Origin: Candidatus Hermodarchaeota archaeon
GTDB lineage: Archaea; Asgardarchaeota; Hermodarchaeia; Hermodarchaeales; Hermodarchaeaceae
Assembly (NCBI GenBank): GCA_016839805.1
Contig: JAEOTO010000016.1
Span: 1-13,098, forward strand
Reading direction: 5' to 3'
Length of the DNA: 13,098 nucleotides
A program made the position numbers and the translations under genes. The first letter of the stretch is position 1. Every line of letters starts with the position of its first letter. The notes beneath the pieces are model-generated. The model saw nothing but the letters and a program-made list of their open reading frames with translations, had not been told where the DNA came from and did not search any database. Below, one piece after another: positions 8,119 through 13,098 of the stretch.

Positions 8119-9489
8119 ATGAGATCGATTATAAAAAATCTTAGAAGATTCCTAGCTCTAATGCTGCTTTTTTCAGCGGTTTATCCGGTTTTTTATTATC
8201 CGCTAAATTCTGCTGGTTCTTCATGGGAACTTAAAACTTCAGAAACAATGCACGCCACATTACCGCATCATAAACTACAAGTGAATGATGAGCATTATCC
8301 AGAATGGAATGCAACATTAGGAGGGACTGGTACTCAAACCGGTGCTTCGATTATTGAATGCCGAAGTGGTGGTTATGCCATAGTTGGCCATGGCGCCGGC
8401 TGGGGAGTCAGAGATGCGTTTCTTATTCGTCTCGATCAGGATGGGGTGTTTCTTTGGAATCAGACGTATGGCGGGGAGGACATGGATGGGGCTGGAGGCA
8501 TTGTAGAATGTAGCGATGGTGGGTTTGCAATCACCGGGGGGTCATCGAATTTCACTACGGGAGACCACGCGTGGCTACTTCGCACTGATGCAAATGGTAA
8601 CCAACTTTGGAACTACACTTACCCAAGTATCAATTTTGATTCATTTGGGGCCATTATCGCGCTCTCAGGTGGCGGATTCGCCGTGTCAGGGAATACCGGG
8701 AGTTTTGGAGCAGGAGGAATGGATGCTTGGCTGGTCTTTTTTGACGCCCTTGGACAGCCAATTCAGAATTTCACCTATGGTGGTACTGACAACGATTACG
8801 CAACTCGTATGATCCGGTGTCAAAGTGGTGGATTTGCCATTGCAGGGACGACTAGCAGTTATGGGGAAGGAATACGGAGCTTGTGGTTGCTACGTGTCAA
8901 TGACAACGGCGATGTAGCTTGGAATCGAACCTATGGTGACGCCGGTTGGGATTCTCTATACGGTATCATCGAATGTCATAATCGAAACCTGGCCCTCGCT
9001 GGAACCGCAAACAGTACCGGGGCAGGTTCCTGGGACATGATTCTCATTCTAACTGATATGAATGGTAATGAGCTCTGGAACCAAACCTTTGGAGGCACCG
9101 ATAGAGATGGCGCCTATGATCTTGTCCAGCTAGCCGATCTAGGCTTTGCCCTAGCTGGTTGGACTTACTCCTTTGGAGCAGGCTCCGAGGATATCTGGGT
9201 TGTCCGCACCAACCAAAATGGAAACCAACTTTGGAATCAGACCTTTGGTGGAGCAAGTTATGATGAATGCTTTGACGTCGAAAAAACCTCAGACGGAGGG
9301 TTCATCCTGGTTGGTGATACCTTCAACTTCGGAGTACCCATCGATGTTTGGGTCCTTTATTTCAAAGACGACTCTCAACCCTTCACACCCTCACTTCCAA
9401 TAGAACTCATTGTAATCATAGTGATTATCATCCTTGTAATCGTTATTGCAGGACTACTATTGAATCGGCGCCGGCGAACAGCGGCTTGA
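8119..9489 (+). CDS. Secreted, C-terminally membrane-anchored repeat protein (probable 7-bladed beta-propeller)
   Basis: Signal-like N-terminus; seven ~50-aa W-N-x-T-(Y/F)-G-G...GG(F/Y)xxxG repeats; C-terminal TM followed by RRRR. Confidence 0.85.
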   Translation: MRSIIKNLRRFLALMLLFSAVYPVFYYPLNSAGSSWELKTSETMHATLPHHKLQVNDEHYPEWNATLGGTGTQTGASIIECRSGGYAIVGHGAGWGVRDAFLIRLDQDGVFLWNQTYGGEDMDGAGGIVECSDGGFAITGGSSNFTTGDHAWLLRTDANGNQLWNYTYPSINFDSFGAIIALSGGGFAVSGNTGSFGAGGMDAWLVFFDALGQPIQNFTYGGTDNDYATRMIRCQSGGFAIAGTTSSYGEGIRSLWLLRVNDNGDVAWNRTYGDAGWDSLYGIIECHNRNLALAGTANSTGAGSWDMILILTDMNGNELWNQTFGGTDRDGAYDLVQLADLGFALAGWTYSFGAGSEDIWVVRTNQNGNQLWNQTFGGASYDECFDVEKTSDGGFILVGDTFNFGVPIDVWVLYFKDDSQPFTPSLPIELIVIIVIIILVIVIAGLLLNRRRRTAA

Positions 9490-9570
9490 TCACCACCTCT
9501 AACTCCATGCAAAGCAGGAAATTGCACAAGGAATTTTACAAATTCCTAATAAAACCGTTAATCCAAAGGT

Positions 9571-9661
9571 ATGATGTGATACAAATCATCTTTCACGTCA
9601 TTTTTTAGAAACAGCATGTACGTCTTCGAAACCAATCAAAATTGCGTATAATGCAGAAAAA
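9571..9661 (+). repeat. Intergenic element copy F (31-bp palindrome + core)
   Basis: ATGATGTGAT-acaaatcatct-TTCACGTCAT (9571-9601), N17, TACGTCTTCG(9619), CGTA(9645), GAAAAA(9661). Confidence 0.95.
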
Positions 9662-9691
9662 TTATTGACTCGAACCATTTAATGTGTCTGG

Positions 9692-10969
9692 TTAATTCAA
9701 GGTGCCATTCTTTCCAGCTGTATTTTGATCCATTAAATTTTGATCACAATTATTGTTGGTTTCACTAGCACGATGGATGGCAAATTTAAGTGCAAGTGGT
9801 CCAAAGATTTGGAAAACAAGCGTTGAAATCCCAATAACACCAACAATGAGAAAAGCGTAATTTGGAAACCCTAGCTGATTTAGTCGATCCGCGATTACCA
9901 CGCTCAATCCTACTGCAACACCGGCTTGACTAAAAAGACATAATCCAAGATAACGTTTAACCGTTGGAGGATTATCCCCAATATTTGCGGCTAAACGCGT
10001 TCCGAGATATTTCGCCAAACCTCGCCCAATTACATAAAGGATGCTCGTCGTAACAATAAATATGCCTCCGATTGTTATCACGGCGGGGTCAATCATCCCA
10101 GCGCCGAAGAGAACAAAGAAAAGCAGTATTACGGGGCTAGTGATTTTTTCTGCCTCATGACTTAGTTCTTGTGCTTCCTTCGGTCCACGGTTACCCACAA
10201 CTATCCCTAAAATCATACAAGAGAGAAGAGAACTGAAGTGTAAAAATTCTGCAATCCCAATAACGAGGAGAATCACACTCACTAACAACAGTATATACCG
10301 TCCATGATCATCCACACGTTTTAATACAAATGTAAGAAGAACCCCTACACCTGCACCCAAGACCAAGGACATACTGATTTCAATTACTGGTGCTGCAACA
10401 AGAAGAGATAATGGCAAAACTACTGGGACAAGAAACAACAAAACTATACTCATTGTAATGCTGGTAAGGATAATTGCGATGACATCGTCGATGATTAATG
10501 TGAACATAACTGCATCTGTGACCGGACCCCGGCTTTTGAATTCCCAGATTACATCTGCTGTTGCTGCAGGAGCAGTAGCACTAGCTAGACCGGCTAATAG
10601 AATGGCTGGTATTGGGTCACGAAGCCAGAAGAAGACAAGACTAAAAACGAGGAGAGCAGAACCAAGGCTTTCAGCTAAGATAATGGGTATCAAGTTCCGT
10701 GACTGTTGTCGAATTTTACTAAACTTGAGTTCATTTCCAATATTATAACCGATGAATCCTAACGCTACAGCAGTAACCACTGGTGAAAGAGCAAGAAGCC
10801 TTTCATCTATCAGACCCAGAAAGAGAGGGCCAAGTACAATTCCTGTTAGGATAAAACCAAGAACTTGAGGTATTCCTAAGCGATGTTGGATTTCCGCACT
10901 TATTACTGTCAGAACTACAACTAGGCTGACGACTAACAGTAGTGGAAGATCAATAACAAGCTGTAGCAT
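9692..10969 (-). CDS. Cation:proton antiporter (Na_H_Exchanger, CPA2/Kef-type membrane domain)
   Basis: About 12 TM segments; IPQVLGFILTGIVLGP, ASATAPAAT, IIDD, FFVLFG, SQAGVAVGL motifs. Confidence 0.9.
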   Translation of the reverse strand: MLQLVIDLPLLLVVSLVVVLTVISAEIQHRLGIPQVLGFILTGIVLGPLFLGLIDERLLALSPVVTAVALGFIGYNIGNELKFSKIRQQSRNLIPIILAESLGSALLVFSLVFFWLRDPIPAILLAGLASATAPAATADVIWEFKSRGPVTDAVMFTLIIDDVIAIILTSITMSIVLLFLVPVVLPLSLLVAAPVIEISMSLVLGAGVGVLLTFVLKRVDDHGRYILLLVSVILLVIGIAEFLHFSSLLSCMILGIVVGNRGPKEAQELSHEAEKITSPVILLFFVLFGAGMIDPAVITIGGIFIVTTSILYVIGRGLAKYLGTRLAANIGDNPPTVKRYLGLCLFSQAGVAVGLSVVIADRLNQLGFPNYAFLIVGVIGISTLVFQIFGPLALKFAIHRASETNNNCDQNLMDQNTAGKNGTLN

Positions 10970-11019
10970 AGGAATTCACTAGTTTTTATGTAGTCAGAGT
11001 AAAATACAAATCTAATATT

Positions 11020-11040
11020 GTTTATATAAACTTATTTCTA
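11020..11040 (-). promoter_or_regulatory. BRE/TATA promoter for the antiporter
   Basis: Minus strand reads tagaaataag-TTTATATAAAC, ~50 nt upstream of the ATG; GTTTATATAAAC is a perfect palindrome. Confidence 0.55.
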
Positions 11041-11059
11041 TAATAAATGGAAAGGGTTG

Positions 11060-11128
11060 TTTTCGTTATGGAACTGCATGTTCGCTTTCGCTACTCAACC
11101 AAAGTGGCGAATAATACACTAGAAAAAA
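11060..11128 (+). repeat. Intergenic element copy G (core only)
   Basis: GCATG-TTCGCTTTCG-CTACTCAACC-AAAGTGGCGAA aligns without gaps to copy D GCATG-TACGTCTTCG-GAACTCATCC-AAAGTGGCGAA. Confidence 0.88.
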
Positions 11129-11202
11129 GCTCTGCCCAATATGATTTTGGCTATTCATAGAGATAGAGCTCTTTATTGAACCTGTTGTGTAAATTATTGT
11201 CA

Positions 11203-11664
11203 TCAGGTCAACGAACTTGCCTTTCGTGAATGCCAGCTCACAATGAGGATGACCACCAGCATCCACATCACACCCAGCAATAATGATCCCAAGAATATAG
11301 GAAGCGGAAGCAGTCCTGCCATTGCATAGATCAAATAAGTCACTGCGACCACCGGCTGGTAAAGGAAAATCGCCGTGATCACTCCAGGCGTGTATCTCCT
11401 TTCCCGCACGGAATTCCGAATATGGATAAGTCCATTCGTTGCAATTAACGCAGCTACAGAAAGGCTGAATAGTGGAAACGCCGCATTTACCATGAGCGCA
11501 GTTACACATAGTAGCAGGAAGAGCGCATTCACTATCCAAAACTGTCGAGCCGTCATTGAAGGCATATAGCGCTGAAACCAAGAAACCCATCCGGTGAGAG
11601 TCTCCTCGATAATATGTAATACACCTGAAATCAATACCAACCAAAAAACTACAACCAGAACCAC
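11203..11664 (-). CDS. HXXEE domain-containing membrane protein
   Basis: LHIIEE motif, NGLIHI and RRYTPGVITA; hydrophobic throughout. Confidence 0.88.
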   Translation of the reverse strand: MVLVVVFWLVLISGVLHIIEETLTGWVSWFQRYMPSMTARQFWIVNALFLLLCVTALMVNAAFPLFSLSVAALIATNGLIHIRNSVRERRYTPGVITAIFLYQPVVAVTYLIYAMAGLLPLPIFLGSLLLGVMWMLVVILIVSWHSRKASSLT

Positions 11665-11938
11665 AATAACGCCCTCAATCCGTAATTAGGATGGTTAGTG
11701 CATCGAATAATATTCATTAACAGTTCAACTCTTTAAAGATTCAAGATAAGGTTCTCCTTCTAGATTTGATTAAAAACAAGATTCTTGCTTTGTCGCGTTT
11801 GGTATGCCTTGGGCAGCTCCCTATCCCAGATCAACGAGTTCTATTATCCAAGTAGCAACTTATAACGATGGGGTTTTTCGCGATCCAATTGCTCTTATAG
11901 AACTATGAGAAAAACAATTCTCGGTTTGGACAAGAGAT

Positions 11939-12029
11939 GCGATGTGAAACAAATCATCTTTCACATCATTTGTCAGAATTGCACTTACATCTTCGAAAAT
12001 GCTACAACAAGTCTATAACACTTGGAAAA
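11939..12029 (+). repeat. Intergenic element copy H (31-bp palindrome + core)
   Basis: GCGATGTGAA-acaaatcatct-TTCACATCAT (11939-69), N16, TACATCTTCG(11986), GAAAA(12029). Confidence 0.93.
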
Positions 12030-12113
12030 GAGATCTACTCTAAGAAAATCAAGAATCTTTACTTAACTACCGTCCTCGATTTAGACCACCTTGAAAGAAA
12101 TTCAACTAGGAAA

Positions 12114-12551
12114 CTAATCGAGAACTTCATGTCGATGATGTACAAGACGTTCAGCATACGAATACGCTGCAAATCTATCTACATCTTTTTGACTGACAAT
12201 ACCGACGAGTTTCCCTTCATCATCAATAACGGCTAGTCTGCTCACCTTGGATTTCAGAAATTCATCCTCAGCCTGACTAATTGGTGTATTCATATGAATT
12301 GTTTGGACCGGGCTTACCATCACGTCCTTCGCAACATAATCCATTGGATTACGCCCCTTGGCAATCAACCTAAAGATTATCCCATCTGTCACGATTCCTA
12401 CTGGCTTCCCGTTCTCTTCGATTAAAACAGTACTAACCCAAGAATCAACCATTTTTTTGGCAACAACAGGCAGGGAATCATTCAAGTGACCTGTAATAAC
12501 TTTTTTCCGGGCCACCTCGATTATACGCTTTGACTTGGTCACCCTTATCAC
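12114..12551 (-). CDS. CBS domain pair protein
   Basis: GKPVGIVTDGII and RLAVIDDEGKLVGIVSQKDV; two CBS repeats. Confidence 0.9.
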   Translation of the reverse strand: MIRVTKSKRIIEVARKKVITGHLNDSLPVVAKKMVDSWVSTVLIEENGKPVGIVTDGIIFRLIAKGRNPMDYVAKDVMVSPVQTIHMNTPISQAEDEFLKSKVSRLAVIDDEGKLVGIVSQKDVDRFAAYSYAERLVHHRHEVLD

Positions 12552-12645
12552 TATCCAATCCTTTGCAAAGTGGTTAATTAAAAAACGATTGGTCTTCTAA
12601 ATCATTCAACAACACGAGGGCAAAAAACCGCCCTAGCTGAACCTG

Positions 12646-12709
12646 CCACTTATTGAAATAGCTGTTACGTCTTCGAATCTACTCTGAATGGCGATTAACG
12701 CACCGAAAA
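12646..12709 (+). repeat. Intergenic element copy I (core only)
   Basis: TACGTCTTCG(12666)-N11-AATGGCGA-ttaa-CGC-acc-GAAAA(12709); folds 12661-12701. Confidence 0.88.
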
Positions 12710-12932
12710 CTTGTGTGCTCTACTCTTAAACGGGCATCAAGCTCCTCCATGACCTAAGTTAGTAAACCTCAAACAATGTAGAAGCGCGCTAGCAAAACTT
12801 ACCTTCCTGTTTTTCTTTGACGAAACACAATTACTTGCCCCAGGCCGCGTCAACCATAGCTACTATAGGAAAGACCGCTTCTGTCTCCTCTAAAGTCCCA
12901 TATTTGACGAAATCAGCTTCAATTGGACACTA

Positions 12933-13097
12933 TTATTCGATGAGTCTTAATTCCCGCAGGTGATCTGCAAGGAGGTAGATGGCCTTCTTCGTAATGGATT
13001 CTTTATTCGTGCCAGCACACACAATTCGACCACTACTAAAGAGGAGAAAAACAGCCTTTGGCGTCTTCATCCGGTAGATGAGCCCGGGAAAAACTTC
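12933..13097 (-). CDS. tbp: TATA-box binding protein, C-terminal 54 aa (gene continues past the window edge)
   Basis: Manual translation: EVFPGLIYRMKTPKAVFLLFSSGRIVCAGTNKESITKKAIYLLADHLRELRLIE*, matching the TBP repeat signature FPGL.YR...PK...L.F.SG..V..G. Confidence 0.93.
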   Translation of the reverse strand, partial: EVFPGLIYRMKTPKAVFLLFSSGRIVCAGTNKESITKKAIYLLADHLRELRLIE

Positions 13098-13098
13098 G

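Noticed and set aside
1794-11644. Short overlapping ORFs in the track (1794, 1822, 2392, 3058, 3227, 3563, 4157, 5521, 5993, 6293, 6969, 8516, 9044, 9173, 10458, 11066, 11375)
   Set aside because: Antisense or alternate-frame shadows of better-supported genes, with no recognisable motifs.
11750-11930. Possible decayed ORF on the minus strand upstream of the HXXEE gene
   Set aside because: Multiple stops and no recognisable motif.
11942-11966. CRP/FNR-type box (TGTGA...TCACA)
   Set aside because: The half-sites are 13 nt apart instead of 6, and the host is archaeal.
6810-11969. 31-bp palindromic repeats as a CRISPR array
   Set aside because: Copies are 1-2.4 kb apart with whole genes between them; there are no 30-45 nt spacers and no cas genes.
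11937-12236. ORFs 11937-12236 and 9348-9608 sharing a translated repeat region
   Set aside because: They run through the non-coding element in different frames and overlap real genes; treated as spurious.
12666-12682. TTCGAAT as a tRNA T-loop or tRNA remnant
   Set aside because: No T-stem, acceptor stem or cloverleaf; other copies deviate (TTCGG, TTCGC).
3540-12709. Canonical attC sites / integron
   Set aside because: No conserved complementary RYYYAAC...GTTRRRY ends on either strand, no intI in the window, and gene orientation is mixed.

Overview
Archaeal accessory region. The C-terminal part of a TATA-box binding protein gene lies at the right edge (missed by the ORF track), and TATA boxes and GGTGA ribosome-binding sites are present; an Asgard/TACK-type host is plausible but is inference. 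The window holds mostly stand-alone, functionally unrelated genes in mixed orientation: bPH_2 membrane protein, Fe-S aldo/keto reductase, membrane protein + wHTH regulator, SAM methyltransferase, QueG-like Fe-S protein, 7-repeat surface protein, cation/H+ antiporter, HXXEE protein and CBS protein. Main observation: each of the nine intergenic gaps between ~3.5 and ~12.7 kb holds one copy of a divergent ~60-nt element (TTT..-TAyrTCTTCG-N11/12-ARTGGC..-AAAA), always on the same strand whatever the gene orientation. The element folds as an imperfect hairpin with compensatory changes. Four copies carry an extra, almost invariant 31-bp palindrome directly upstream. The copies divide the region into eight 0.7-1.7 kb units of one gene or one operon. 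This looks like a gene-cassette array, but the sites lack canonical attC AAC/GTT boxes and no recombinase is present in the window. All alignments and folds were done by eye.
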